The notes: generated by a model from the letters alone, not told the origin. A DNA stretch of 62,063 bases, filler included, from Rhabdomonas costata (GCA_019059605.1; 31 parts of 31 records of this genome joined end to end with filler, not necessarily neighbours in it), one strand, 5' to 3'. Counted from the whole stretch's first letter, positions 10,901 through 23,806 are shown. Program-made: numbers and translations.

Positions 10901-13900
10901 TAACCATTACACCGATTCCTACCGCTATTCCTACGCAAGATGTGATGCTGGTATTCTGGGGGCTAGATGTGATGATGTTGGTTATGTTGGTGATGTTGGT
11001 ATTCTGGGTCCATCTTGAGGTGAAGTGGTGAGTTGAGGGTTGAGGGCGTAAGGTGAAGGATTTTGAGAGGTGAAGCGTATGTTGAAGGGTGTACATTCCT
11101 ACCAGGTTCCAAGAGTGTAGTGGTGTGAGTATATTATATCTGCGATGCCCTTCACCTCTACTACGCTACGCACTCTTGCCTTCGTGACCTTCAACCTCTA
11201 CCTGTATTCTCTTCCTGTGGCTACGCCCGGATGGAAGCATCCAGTAGCCGCCTTATGGAGGTGGAGGATGAGGAGTGACAGGTGTATGGAAGAAGAAGAA
11301 GAGAAACGTACCGACGTGAGTGACGACGAAGGAATAATGTACTACTACTACGCATGATTGGTACCCCGCATGCTACTTTGGAAGATGATGTAGGGATGCC
11401 ATCTCCTTGCGTCGATGCCATCCATCCAACTACTCCCCACTCGCTGATGCTCGTGTGGCCCCTTTCCTTGTTGTAGGTCAGTCGATGCTACGCATCTTAT
11501 TCCCTCATAGATACGTGGTTCGTCACTCCACCGCTACGCGCTTCCGTTCATTACTCCTACTCGCTGCGCTCGTGATGTCTAGGAGGAGCTCGAGGGGCGG
11601 AGAGAACCGACGATGAGGATGCACGTTGAAGAGTCGCATGCTCGCTGCGCTTCGCATGATCCAATCTACGGTCGTCACTCCCCGGCATAAGCCGGTACGT
11701 ACCTCGCATCATTCCTCTGTTGGTGGTTCACTCCACCGCTGCGCTGCTACGTTCACCTGTCGTCACTTCACCACCTTACGATGGCTGCGTTCCTCCATCA
11801 CTCTCAACCACCAACCAACTACATTCACCCAAGAAATCTTCGACACCATCCAAAGCACCACAGGAAACACACATTGACACCATCAAATCCTACCAGCACC
11901 ACCAAAGCACGCAAGTCCAACCCAAACCACAANNNNNNNNNNNNNNNNNNNNNNNNNNNNNNNNNNNNNNNNNNNNTTAATTAATTAANNNNNNNNNNNN
12001 NNNNNNNNNNNNNNNNNNNNNNNNNNNNNNNNTTGTGTTGGTTAATTGTTCCGCGCGCACCACAGCTATTCATAAGCAGACAAGCAGCCAGTATAGAGGT
12101 GTACTGTGTACAGAATTGTTTGAGCAAGTGCAGACGAAAGAATGGAAAATTCCTCGGATGATTGTCTTCATTTTCTTTACGAACTGAAACACATGTTGCA
12201 CAACTTGCGAGCTCTACGCGGTTCTTTGCCCTTTTTCTGGGAGTGTGGTTGTTGGGGACGACTTTTTAGGTGTAGCCTGTATAACACGCCGAGCCTCAGT
12301 GATTGGTGGGAGGGTGCTGGGCAACGTGAGCGTTGCCCTTCAGGAATTTCGGGTGGTGACGGACCTGCAGTGCCCGCAGGTTTGCTCTTACTCAATGGCT
12401 GTTCTCAAGTTGCTAAAGGACGGTCATAACAGTGCGGCTCGGGGTTAGCTTCACAGAAATGCATTCCAATTTCCAGCCAATCGTCCAACAGGACTGCGCC
12501 ACACGCACTTTCATCCGCAGGGATTGTGCTGCGTCAGTCTCACTCTTCATGACGTTCTCCTCGCCTCCTCCGTGCTGGGAAGCGCTTTCTCTCTGCAGTC
12601 ATCAAGAAAGGTGCCGTCGAGTGTTCGAGTCATTTGGGAAAGTATCTCCGCTCGCCGAATTTCTCAGTTCTGTCTTTTTTTCTTTTCACAGATTCAAGCG
12701 CGGAGCATAGAAGTCGGTGTTTCGAGTCCGCTTCAAATGAGTACCGGTAACGAACCAACTCGTGATGATGTGGTGGTTTTGATGGGCGCTCAGGTTGAGC
12801 TGTGTTTTGTTTACCATCTTGATTGAGAGTTTTCGATGCGCGGCTGTTTTCGGATTCCTTCGTATTTCTGGAGTCCTTTTCTGAGGTTGTTGGCCACGCT
12901 CAGGTGGAGGTTCTTCAAACCTATGACAGAGAAGGCCTGGCTTTGACCTTCGTTGATCTCCAGCTTCAGCCTGCCGAGACTTTTCTCCGAAATAGTCAGT
13001 TTGTTCTTCTGATCCAATTATTACAGCACTTTTCGAACATTGAGGTACCGCGCTCGCCTTCATGTGTCATGTGTTCATTGCCATTTTTCGTCATCAGAAC
13101 CCACACCACGTTTTTATTTCTTCAGAGCGCTGCAATTGAGGGGCTCCAAACTTCAGAAACCAACAGGTTTTATATACTCTCCTTTGCTTTGCCCTCGTGA
13201 AGCGTTTTTAGTTCGCGACTGTGTTTTGCATTTCCTCAGGGGACTACCCGGATCCAGCGGCTTCCAGGTAGCTTTGTTTGGCTACTCCAATTATTTGCTG
13301 CTCTTTGAACCAGAGCATGAGCTTCCATTTCTCTTTTCATGTTTTGTTTTAATGATTTGCGTTTCATAGACGTCTCACCGCAGCAGGTTGGTGATCAACG
13401 TGCGGGTCCCGAAGCTAGATCTTGCTGTGGACTCGTCTTTGCGGGTATTCATGGTGTCCTGCTCGTCTTGGCCGATCTGAGAACCAGCCGCTGTGTTTGA
13501 CGGTTTGTACTCATTCACAAATGTTGCACTCAGATGAGCTGCCGTGGAATCTTCTTTGAGCTTGAGCAAAAGAGCGGCACCACTGAGGTGTCTCACTCCC
13601 TTTTTCTGATTGCACCGGAATATCGACCTCTGTGAGCGCGGTGCTGTCTGAAAGCACTAGTTGCCGTTTCCGCTCTGCAGTAAATATGTAGACCTCAGGT
13701 GGGGCTCAGCTGTGGAAGAGAAGGGCTTCGCCTCCGATCACACTATCACTTGATTCCCCATTATCAGGGAAGGGGGAGGGCTGCCATTGGCGCAATGCTT
13801 TGGGGGCCCTGCTCAGCTAAAGGTGAAGGGAACAAAAGAAAGGGTGTTAAGAAAGAACATATTGAGCATCTGGGAAGCCTGCGTATGTGTGAGCCCACTC

Positions 13901-14045
13901 TTTTTCGTGCAGGTCTTGGCGAACCTGGACCACCACCCNNNNNNNNNNNNNNNNNNNNNNNNNNNNNNNNNNNNNNNNNNNNTTAATTAATTAANNNNNN
14001 NNNNNNNNNNNNNNNNNNNNNNNNNNNNNNNNNNNNNNTGTGGTT

Positions 14046-15945
14046 GTTCCATTCCTCCGTGGTGTGGTGTCAGGGCGTACCATGGTTGCCTCATGCTTCC
14101 TCTTGATGCGTAGGAGTGTCATCACCTCTTGTGTCGAGGGAGGTGTTGCAGTGCACTGGGTGTGTTCTGTCATCCTAGTGGTTATGGGCATTGGCGCCAT
14201 CCATGCCATGTCAGCCCAGCAACGCTCCGAAGTCACCATGGCTTTCATGGCCACTGCAAAGGTCGGAGTGAGCGTAACCGTGACAGCGGTGGAGAGAGCG
14301 TAGAGACACGTATCGTTGAAGCCTCGAACCACCCTACCACTCTCCCGGTTGCCTCATGTTGGGGTTGAGTGATGGTATGCATGCATTCCCACTCTATGCC
14401 TTCTGTGGTGATGGAGCGATGTCCGCCAACCCGTAGCGATACGTGGAAGGAGAGACGTTACCACAGCAACAGGAGTGTCAGAGAGAGAGGCCGAAGCACG
14501 CACCCACCACTTCCACCACAACCACCCATCGACACAGAGGGCGTATCGGTGATGCTGGATGACAACCACCACCGAACCCACACGCAGGGGAATTTCCACT
14601 CCTGAGTTGAAATGTTGATGAAGTAGTGGATGTTGATGCATAGTGTAGAAGAGGCACTAGTCAGATGAAAAGATGCTGAGAGTGGAAAGGCGTAAAGGAC
14701 ACGCAGGGAGGATTTCGCGTCTCAGTAGTCACATTCACACTCGGAATTCACAGCGTTCATGCCTCCTGTTCATTTTCCTCCACGTTCTTTTGATCACGTT
14801 ACCGGTTCACATTTAACTCTCTCGCTGCGCTCGAGTTTCATGTTCACAGTGTATGATGAAGAGTATTGTGTCAGCAGTCACTACGTTCCTCCCTCCTGTT
14901 ATTCTTTCTTCTTGTCGGCATTCTGGGTGCTTCGAATGCCCCCTTGTATTCATGACGTCCTCAGTCGCTACGCTCCATCTTCCTCCTTCTTGACGTCGTG
15001 ATTCTCGGTCCCTCGAATCACTTCTCCCTCAACGTTGAATGCTCCCCATCCTAAGGTGGTACGCATGCTCACCCAGTAGAAGAGGAAGACGAAGATGGTA
15101 ATGATGGCATAATGTTCTACAACGCATGACATCGTGGTAGCTTTGGCAACCATAGCAGTAGTAGGGTACAGCAGTGTGGTAGGACACTGTTGTATGGCCA
15201 TTGGCACCACAGTAGATATGCGTGTATGCAAACGTAGGGGCTTAGTTACACTATTACTAGTGTATACGTGTGTGTGCTGACTCATGGTGTCGGTATTGGC
15301 GTTGTTCGTATCATTGAGCGTAAGGGTAACACTTAGCATCTATGTGTGTACTGTACCAAGCCAACATTGGCATAACGCAAACAAATCATCGTGTGGGTGT
15401 GGGTGAGTGTGGTGATGTTGTGTTATGGACCGTGGAATGGTGTCATCTCTTGTTGAGTAGGCACGAGCGTTACAACTCTGTCAGTCCTCCGCTTCAAGGG
15501 GTGATGTCATGTTGCGGTAAAGCCATGAAATCCAACCCTCTGCATTGGGTAGTGGCGTAACAACCACGTCAATCATATGCATGTGGTCAGAATGGTGTGG
15601 TGGACTCTGCCATTTGTGACGGATTCAACAACGGTCATAGCGGCATCATCCCTGGTACACCCAACCTTGGATGCTGTTGTTGTGACCCATGTTGATGTTA
15701 ACTCAACCACTTCTGGTGTGGTGGAGAGCGCAGAAATGGCATGTCCTGTTGTATGTCCGATGCTGTTGTTCCATTCCTCCGTGGTGTGGTGTCAGGGCGT
15801 ACCATGGTTGCCTCATGATTCCTCTTGATGCGTAGGAGTGTCATCACTTCTTGTGTCGAGGGAGGTGTTGCAGTGCACTGGGTGTGTTCTGTCATCCTAG
15901 TGGTTATGGGCATTGGCGCCATCCATGCCATGTCAGCCCAGCAAC
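14046..15945 (+). repeat. Direct repeat of about 180 bp at both contig ends (period 1722 bp)
   Basis: 14046-14223 matches 15768-15945 with 2 substitutions seen (catgCttcc/catgAttcc, atcacCtct/atcacTtct). Confidence 0.9.
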
Positions 15946-18052
15946 NNNNNNNNNNNNNNNNNNNNNNNNNNNNNNNNNNNNNNNNNNNNTTAATTAATTA
16001 ANNNNNNNNNNNNNNNNNNNNNNNNNNNNNNNNNNNNNNNNNNNNAAAGGAAGGAGGATTCATTCCCTATGTGTGGATTCATTGCCATGTGTGCAATGTC
16101 GTCGAAAAGAATTCAGGCTGTACGGAACAGAACGGATTCTGTGGGTGCTTGCTGACCCACTGAGACTCAAGCCAATGCTTCTTCTTCGGATGTGAAAGAA
16201 AACGACCTGCTAGCCACACGATGCTTTTTAGATACGCGTCATCGCCATCCAGAAAAGCTAAAAATCTGGGCGTGCGAGTGGCACATCTGTGTTGCCGTTG
16301 GACAAAGCCACCAGAAGGAACCTCGAGGTTTGCCTTTCAGTAGGCCAGAGAAAGTGCGAGGACGACATCGTCGGTGCATCGCAAACGGGGACCCGCGGCA
16401 CCTGTTCGATTAATTTGCAGTTCTACAGACAGTTTTGGCCGCTGCAAGCGACGCTCCTCTCAGCGAGTCTCTCATTTATGCGTCCTGTCACACAACACAA
16501 GCGCCTTCACCATGTTGGTTGCTTGCTTATCACTCTCCCCACCATCCTCATAGGGCTCCCAATGATGTCTGATGTCCTGTTCAAATACGTTCTGCAGGAT
16601 GCAGTTGATGAAGAGGAATGCGTTACCATGCGGTTTTTAGGCCTATTCCTTCTGACTTGGTCGACCCCGAGGGGTTTTCATTGATCGTTCTTTGTCTTTG
16701 AAAGCCTTAACGCAAGGAAACGCATAACGGAATTGGTGGGCTGTTGGCAATGAAAAAGCACCGAAGATCACATGGAATCGCTCAATATCTTCAATCGTGG
16801 GAATAGTTGAAGCGAATCAGTCCGTCAGCAAGGTCTCTTGTGATTGATGACGGTGAAGATGGGGAGAGGTAGCTTGGGGAGAGAGAAGAAGTAGCTTGGT
16901 TCATTGTCAAGGATATGATCGGTCAATGATGAAGGCATTGCCAAAGAATTCGCCTGGAGTTGGAAGCTTAACGTTGAATTGCAGCTGCACAGTGTGAGGC
17001 TGGGGATGCAGAGTGGCGGCTCATGTTTTCGGAAGTCGCAGGTAATGATAATTCCCCGCAGGCGATAAGAGTCGAAAACCCAAAGAAATAAACGCAGTTG
17101 AACTGTGGTGGCACTTCCAGTGGGAGCTAGTGATGGGCAGGGGTCTGTCGTTCGCCAGCGGAGGATTTTCGCGGCACACAATATACCGGGACCGGCGAGC
17201 CCACCTTAGAATTTTATCTTGAGTTGAGCTGAACTGAGTGCCACCCCTTACATCCGCCGTCCACCCACTATCACAATCCGCTACGATTCGCAAAAAAAAC
17301 ATTTCCGATGAAGATATTCCATCAGACCGTGGGCAAGGCAATGAATCGACGTCCCCAGCATACTACGCCACGCGAGTGACACTGAAAACGCTTCGAGAGA
17401 GGGCCGCACAGAGTCAAGGAGGAGGGTCGGTGCGAAAGACGAGGATGGACTTCCCCATGGGGGGGGGGGTCAAACGAACCCGGCACAAAAATGCGCGCGA
17501 GGACAAGATCGAGAAGAACTTCGCAGGAGGACAAAAAAGCTAACAAGGCTCGGTGGTGAGAGGAGGGAAAGGCACACCTATATTCCCTGAGGTCCGAGAG
17601 TATGGGCAGCGGTCTCAAAACGAGGGAACATCGTCAAGTCCCAAGGCCTCGAAGAGACGAAAGAAGAGAAGGCACGTGGAGCGAAAAGTTCCCCACCCGA
17701 GTGTATTAGGGCGTTCGAGGAAACCGAGAGCATCACAACCAGGATGGGTAAACGGCTACAAGGCTTCCGTTCCCAGTGTCCCGTGGAACGCGGCCCACAT
17801 ACGTATCCACAAAGGGAAGCGGAGCGCAATTCGTGGGGACCCATCTGCTTCGACCTTCCATTCTTTAAAAAAAACAAGTCGACTCGAGCCACCTCTCCTC
17901 AGACAGCAGAAGGGTGTGGGAAGAGCAAGCGAGCGAGCGAGCGAGAGGGAGNNNNNNNNNNNNNNNNNNNNNNNNNNNNNNNNNNNNNNNNNNNNTTAAT
18001 TAATTAANNNNNNNNNNNNNNNNNNNNNNNNNNNNNNNNNNNNNNNNNNNNG

Positions 18053-18376
18053 TGTTTTGTTGCCACTTTAAAGCTTTGTCACTTCATTAATAGCTACGTT
18101 TACCAGGTCTCTACGCTAACTATGTTTGCAGAGCTCCTAAATGATGTTAAGGTCTTGAGCGTTTCTTCTTGTGTAGGTGTTTTTGAGGGTTCATACGGTG
18201 GTGTGCGTGCTTCCTGGGTCAACGGGTATGATAACATGGGTGTGTGTATGTGGTGTTACAATCAAATCTGGTGTTCTTCTGTGGTACGTGGTGCCCCATG
18301 TGAGTCGCAGTGGGTCGAGATCCCTATTGTGGTTATGCTCTTGGTTGGGTTGAAGCCTGTGTTTGGGATTGGCTAG
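18053..18376 (+). CDS. nad7: Highly divergent nad7-like (complex I 49 kDa subunit) C-terminus, putative mitochondrial
   Basis: Frame open from the contig start. TMFAELLNDVKV...VGVFEGSYG...PIVVMLLVGLKPVFGIG* parallels NAD7 SMESLIHHFKL...AIEAPKG...DVVAIIGTxDIVFG with near-identical spacing but low identity. Confidence 0.5.
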   Translation, partial: CFVATLKLCHFINSYVYQVSTLTMFAELLNDVKVLSVSSCVGVFEGSYGGVRASWVNGYDNMGVCMWCYNQIWCSSVVRGAPCESQWVEIPIVVMLLVGLKPVFGIG

Positions 18377-18696
18377 TGGTTGCTTGGTTTGTTGTATGGT
18401 GTCTTGGGTTTTGTTTTTCAGTTTTGTTGGTGTTGTTCTATTGTTTAGCTTTGTTTGCATGCTTTCTGTGGTGCATTGGCCTGGTGATGACTTCTCTGTG
18501 GTTAAGTGCGTTGTGGTTGTGGGGTGTGGTCTCTGCTGCTGTAATTGTAGCCTTGTATGGTGGACTTCTTGAGTGGTGTTTTGTGTCCAGTGGTGCTGTA
18601 GTTGGTTATGTTGCAGATTTATGTGTGTTAGTATTGCTTTTGGTGTGCTGTCGTGCTCAGGTGGGTCTTGTGTTTGTTACGTCTCTGTCTCTCTAG
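18376..18696 (+). CDS. 106-aa hydrophobic ORF, nad4L-like, putative mitochondrial
   Basis: GTG start overlaps the upstream TAG by 1 nt (TAGTG). About 3 TM segments. VVGYVADLCVLVLLLVCCRAQVGL resembles NAD4L GQxFALFVLTVAAAESAIGL. The conserved Glu residues are not evident. Confidence 0.35.
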   Translation: MVAWFVVWCLGFCFSVLLVLFYCLALFACFLWCIGLVMTSLWLSALWLWGVVSAAVIVALYGGLLEWCFVSSGAVVGYVADLCVLVLLLVCCRAQVGLVFVTSLSL

Positions 18697-18808
18697 CCTA
18701 TCTTATGCACGGTGTTGCTGTGTGTTGTTTGTTGTTGTGTCTTTGCGTTTCCTTCCTGTCCTATTTTGAACCCCCAAAATAGCATCATGGTTACGGTTCC
18801 TCGTGCTT

Positions 18809-19276
18809 ATGTTTCTTAGGGTATGAGTATTAGCATTCGTATTGTTGTGTATCATTGGGGTTGGTGCGGTGTTGGTGGGTCCATGGTGGGTTAGGTGTTG
18901 CATGGTGTCAAGTGGTATGGTATACGATTGTGGTTGGTGTGGGTTAGGTTGATGTGGAGTTGGTGATGGTGTTGTGAATAACGTTGTTGTCACTGTCGTG
19001 GTTGTGATTGTAAGGCTGGTGGTGGTGGTCTGTTGGTCTTGCGTTGGGTTAGATGTGGTGGTACTGGTGGTTGTTTGAAAATGGTGGTTTGTGGTCTGGA
19101 CTGTATGGGTTTGGGCTAGTGGCTGGGCTTTGTTTTTTGCAGTTTGGTGGACGGTGGGTATTGTAGTCTTATCTTGGTGTTGGTTGTGTCTTTGTGTCGT
19201 GGGGTGTAAGTGTTGGGTGGTGGCTTGAGGGTTGGGTTGAGTTGGGTGAGTTATTGGTGTCGATGGTTCGGTGTAG
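18809..19276 (+). CDS. nad3: nad3-like ORF read with TGA=Trp (code 4), putative mitochondrial
   Basis: 155 codons from ATG to TAG with six in-frame TGA (18824, 18950, 19076, 19226, 19238, 19247) and no internal TAA/TAG. An N-terminal TM helix is followed by YDCGW at residues 39-43, where NAD3 has YECGF, then further TM segments. Confidence 0.55.
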
Positions 19277-20066
19277 TGACTGTGGCTCGTGTGTTGGAAT
19301 TCTTGTTTTTTTATATTTCCAATGTTCCGCGTATTAGGGGAAAAATTAGAAATTCCGCGGTCCCCCACGTATCGACAATTCGCTTCCGTGTTTGAAATAG
19401 TGCGGAAAGCACCATGGTTTACCGCATTTCCATGTTTTATCATCAGATTAGTGCATCCGGTGTGTGGGTTGAATGGGTGGGTATCAGAATGATGGTAAAA
19501 TTTAATCACGCTTCAAACAGTCCAGCATCGAGGTGGCTACCGTCAATAGTGGCGGCAGAGGACGTGATTAAAGTGACTGTGGATTCCAACCAGGACCATA
19601 AGGAACACAACCGGAGTTTAAAGGCCGACATGCACCACCAGCTATGGTAGTGATTGGGAATGATAAAGCGTCTGACTGACATTTACGCTAAGCGCTCAAA
19701 CAATGTACTACGCCATTCTTTCAACCACCCCTTTGGACTGATATCGCCATGATAATTTAGAGGTTGGACGCATTTGAATGTAAGGGTGATACTCTCAATA
19801 TGGCTGTTTAAAAACAAACCCACCGTCCCCACCAACACTCATGGACGGAATTTTGCCCTGCATGCGGATGTGTTGTCGCGATGGCACCTGAGAAAACATT
19901 ACCAAGGAATAATTTGCACTTCAAATACTTTTAATACGTACCACCGCAACACAAACNNNNNNNNNNNNNNNNNNNNNNNNNNNNNNNNNNNNNNNNNNNN
20001 TTAATTAATTAANNNNNNNNNNNNNNNNNNNNNNNNNNNNNNNNNNNNNNNNNNNNCGTTTTCGCT

Positions 20067-21536
20067 CTACAAGTCCGAAATCGTAAACGAAATCGTAATG
20101 CACAGCGAACAAAATTGCCAGGTTTGATGACGCGGGCAATACCTTCTGCGGGAAAACGTGGGATGTGTTTTGGATCTGTAGTGCCCAGTGCTGCTCCGGA
20201 TCGGGAAACAATTTCTATGATTTCGTTTCATTTTGTGAAAACGACTTGTCTTGTGAGTTATGACAAAGCAGAAAACGGAGCACCCCGAAAAAACCCCGCT
20301 GCACACGCACGGACGCGCGAGTCTCACGAACCAATGGCAGTGCTCCTTCTCCGCGTAGCGCGACCCTGGTCCAGTATGGAATCGCACCTCCTCCCCGGAG
20401 ACATCGGTGCCCAGAAGGGCGTCCCACCACATCACTGCAGCGTGGACCCGGCCGGCCTTGGTGATCGGGATCTCCGTCTGGTGGATGCCCACATATGTAT
20501 ACGCCTCAAAACCCACCAATTGCGACTGACGTATTCTCCCCAAGCATGACACGACGCTGGTCCTCCCCCACCACAAGGAACCCGAAAGGATGGGGATTCC
20601 GCTGCACAGTCAATAAACGGGTGCTGGCCGTACGATGGTGCTCTTGGCCCAAAACCCATTTTGCGGATCCATTACCGTCAGGTTCGCTAAGCCCTGACAC
20701 TCCGATAACATGTGTGTGTACGCACATGGCGCGTCGACGCCTCACTGAGCACTGGGTGAATCCACCCTATCGTTCCAACCCCGCGGCCTAATACTAAGAC
20801 AAACGGGTCATTCCAAGCGAGCGCGCAGAAAAGGATGCTTGCCTCAAAGCCTGCAATGATATGTGCACCCGCAGAAGAAGCCCCCAGGATGCGAAACCCA
20901 AGCTCAGGGATGCAAAATATATTAAGCCTGCGCGGAAACAACACAGCCAAATCTCGTCGAAAGAATGGGTCGGAGAACTGCCGGAAGGGGTGGCTCCAAT
21001 CCCAAGGTAAATCGGGCACTGAAACAAATGGTCGAAGAGGCCTGCCGCGAGCTGACCGCGCTCCTAATCCCAGCCCACGGTTGCCAGGTGAGGGTGAGTT
21101 GCATGCTTCCGCGTTCACATGTCCCTGCCTCAGTTTTTATTAAGTCTCTTTTTTCTCACGTTTCCGTGGGTCAGGTGAAAGAGGGTGCGGGAGCAAATAT
21201 GCGGTTTGCAAGCATGTTTCCTTTTACGGGTGCGTGACCTGACCACCTGGGGACCCGTGGATCTTGACCTGTTGCTTGGTGAGCTCATGCTCCCCAGGGC
21301 TCCCAACAGAGCTATAGGTCACTGCGCGGGCATCCATGCAGTGCGCTTGTATGCGAGGGAAATCTTTTTTGTTTTCAGCTTTTCAGTCCCACCTCCATCC
21401 CTTTCTCATCTTTATCTCCTCAACGACCTCAGCGTAGACCCCCTTCTTCACGCTGTGCACGTAGAAGTTAAAGGACAACACTGGGACGGCTTCACTCAGA
21501 GAGACGTGGTCCAGGGTGCTCAGCTGCGCCACTTCC
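20067..21536 (-). CDS. Protein arginine methyltransferase (PRMT7/PRMT9-like) beta-barrel region, partial multi-exon
   Basis: Exons EVAQLSTLDHVSLSEAVPVLSFNFY and EIPITKAGRVHAAVMWWDALL...FHTGPG...HW match the PRMT C-terminal barrel and THW-loop pattern. Exact junctions partly uncertain. Confidence 0.7.
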
Positions 21537-23806
21537 CTACCCCCACGGCCACCCACCGTATTACCACATCAATACCACGAGAAGGCAACCAAAAAAAAAA
21601 CAGCCACTCAGCTTTCGGGACTCCGTGCTTCGCGCTGCCGTGCTTCAGCTTCAAGAGATGAGGGGAAAGGGACAAAACATCACCCCGGGAGCAGGGCTTC
21701 TCAAAGCCTTCGCGTATGATTGACACTCACCACTTCCACCAAGCGCAGTCACACACGCACTGTGAGCACAAGGCATTCTTTTGGTGGTCTTTTCTACCTC
21801 CAGCGGAATTTCAATTGCTCTACAGCTGCCTGGCCGCTTCTCGGGGTACGGACCACCCCTCTACTGCTGGGCGGTGGTTATAGGGAAACCCCCATTAGGG
21901 AATTTACACACAGTCACACACACACCTTTAAACCCACACGCACAACACATAAACAAACCCNNNNNNNNNNNNNNNNNNNNNNNNNNNNNNNNNNNNNNNN
22001 NNNNTTAATTAATTAANNNNNNNNNNNNNNNNNNNNNNNNNNNNNNNNNNNNNNNNNNNNATCATATAGATTGGGGTTGTTAATTTGGTCATAAATAGCT
22101 CCCGTTGCTGCTGCATCTCCAGAAGTTGGCAGTGTTTGCATTGACAGAACGGAGGCCGTCGGCCATTTGTGTCCCTTGGAAGAGTAAACAACCGGCTCAG
22201 CTCGCCAGCATTTCCGGCGAAGCTTTGGGGAAGCGCATTGGACATTTTTCTTTTTACTGCTGCAGTACTCTTCTACCTGTCCGGTTATATTCACTCCTTC
22301 GTGGAGGTATCGAGCCTGAAGTGAAAGGGAGTGAGTGGGCGTGGCCGTGTGTGCGTGTGGGTGCGGGTGCGCCCTCTGTCTTTGCTTCCCTCGCTACACT
22401 TCCTCGAATGCCTCCGGCCCCGCCCCTCAGCGATGCCGAGCGGCAGCGCCGGTTTGCACAAGTCCTGATCAATCTTGGTGTGGCCTCAGAGGAGACCAGC
22501 AAAGTTCTTCAGACAGAATCAACGAACCGCTTCTGCACATTGTGTTTGTTGCGAACAGGTGCATAAGGTTACTCCTGGAGTCCAGTTGAATCTGAATTGA
22601 AATGTAAGCGGTTGATCCATTCAGCATTCGAGTCCGCTGCGTTTGTTTTGACGGCTTTTTTGTGCAGGGATGGCCCGAAGGCCTGCCCCGCTGCACGCCA
22701 CAGGTCGTTGTTTCTTCTTTGGGAAATAAGAAGGGATCGTGTGTTTTTATTTTTACGTATCGTTGAACAGCGTACCCTGGGAAGCGTGTGGAACACGTGC
22801 CGCGCTTCACTGGCCGATTCCATTTCCCAGGATCTCCCCGTAATGCCTCGATGTGCTCGCTGGGGTTGTGTGTGCACGTGGGTACGAGTATCATGCGTTG
22901 CTGACAAGGACGGCGATGATTGCTATATAGGAGGACGCTACCGACGTTACTTTTGGGTGCTGGCTTTCCACCGCCGCTTCGGTCTGCCTGCCTTCATGTT
23001 GACTTCCGACCCGCACGTGCGAAGCCGATAGCGCCGCGGGCTGCCGGCGGTGACGGGGGAAACGGTTTTATGCTGTAGTAAAGACACAACTGCCGATAAT
23101 ATCGATATCAATGAGCAGCCGCCCACACCATCCATCACATCCTTAAAGCTCTCGCTGGGATACACCGGAGCAGCGATGATACCAACGATTTGCAGGCTTT
23201 GATTAGGTCTTTCTTATCCAAGAATGCACGATGCAAGCTCGTGGAGGGTGTGCTCATCGTGAGTCTACCAATGCTGGCGAACAAAATCAAACGTCAGAGT
23301 CAACGCTGCTTTGTAGAAACGGAACAACAGCGAACCGTTACTGTCTGCGAACAGATCACTGAGGGCCGACTTTGGACAACGTCGAAGCAGTCTGAATGAG
23401 GTGATGACGTCGTCTTTCTTTGTACATGAGTTACTCGTTCCCACAACATCAGGCTCTGGTTGCACTGTCAATGAATGAGAATTCCTCTTCCCGTTTGCAT
23501 AGACCTCTTGCCATTTTTCGTTCTCCATCCTCGCACCACCATTGTTTGCGCAAATTATTTGTGTTTCGCAGTTCCGTCACCAGCGTTTTTTTTTCCTTTT
23601 TTCTCCCTTGGAACGTACCCGATTTTTTTTGTTATTCTGGGTGTGCATTTTCGTGAAAGGAGGCGGAGATGTCTGTTTCAGCCGAAGCCTTCCTTTGTGA
23701 ACGGTGGGCAATCGCCGCGGCAGTGTGTCGCGGGTGACGATTCGACACTCCCGTTGCCCTGTCCCTATTTTCCTGAAGCTTGCCAACCAGTGGCGGCGGG
23801 TTGGGT

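Noticed and set aside
12033-13938. Protein-like minus-strand frames (…LGRLKLEINEGQSQ…, …TLITNLLR)
   Set aside because: Could not build a consistent spliced model or assign a family.
17238-17951. Two in-frame ORFs separated by one TAA, as evidence of stop-codon reassignment
   Set aside because: No recognisable homology, and the identified nuclear exons show no in-frame stops.
18703-19509. 268-aa Thr/His/Gln/Pro-rich minus-strand ORF
   Set aside because: Antisense shadow of the G/T-rich strand that crosses a composition switch; the plus-strand code-4 reading explains the region better.
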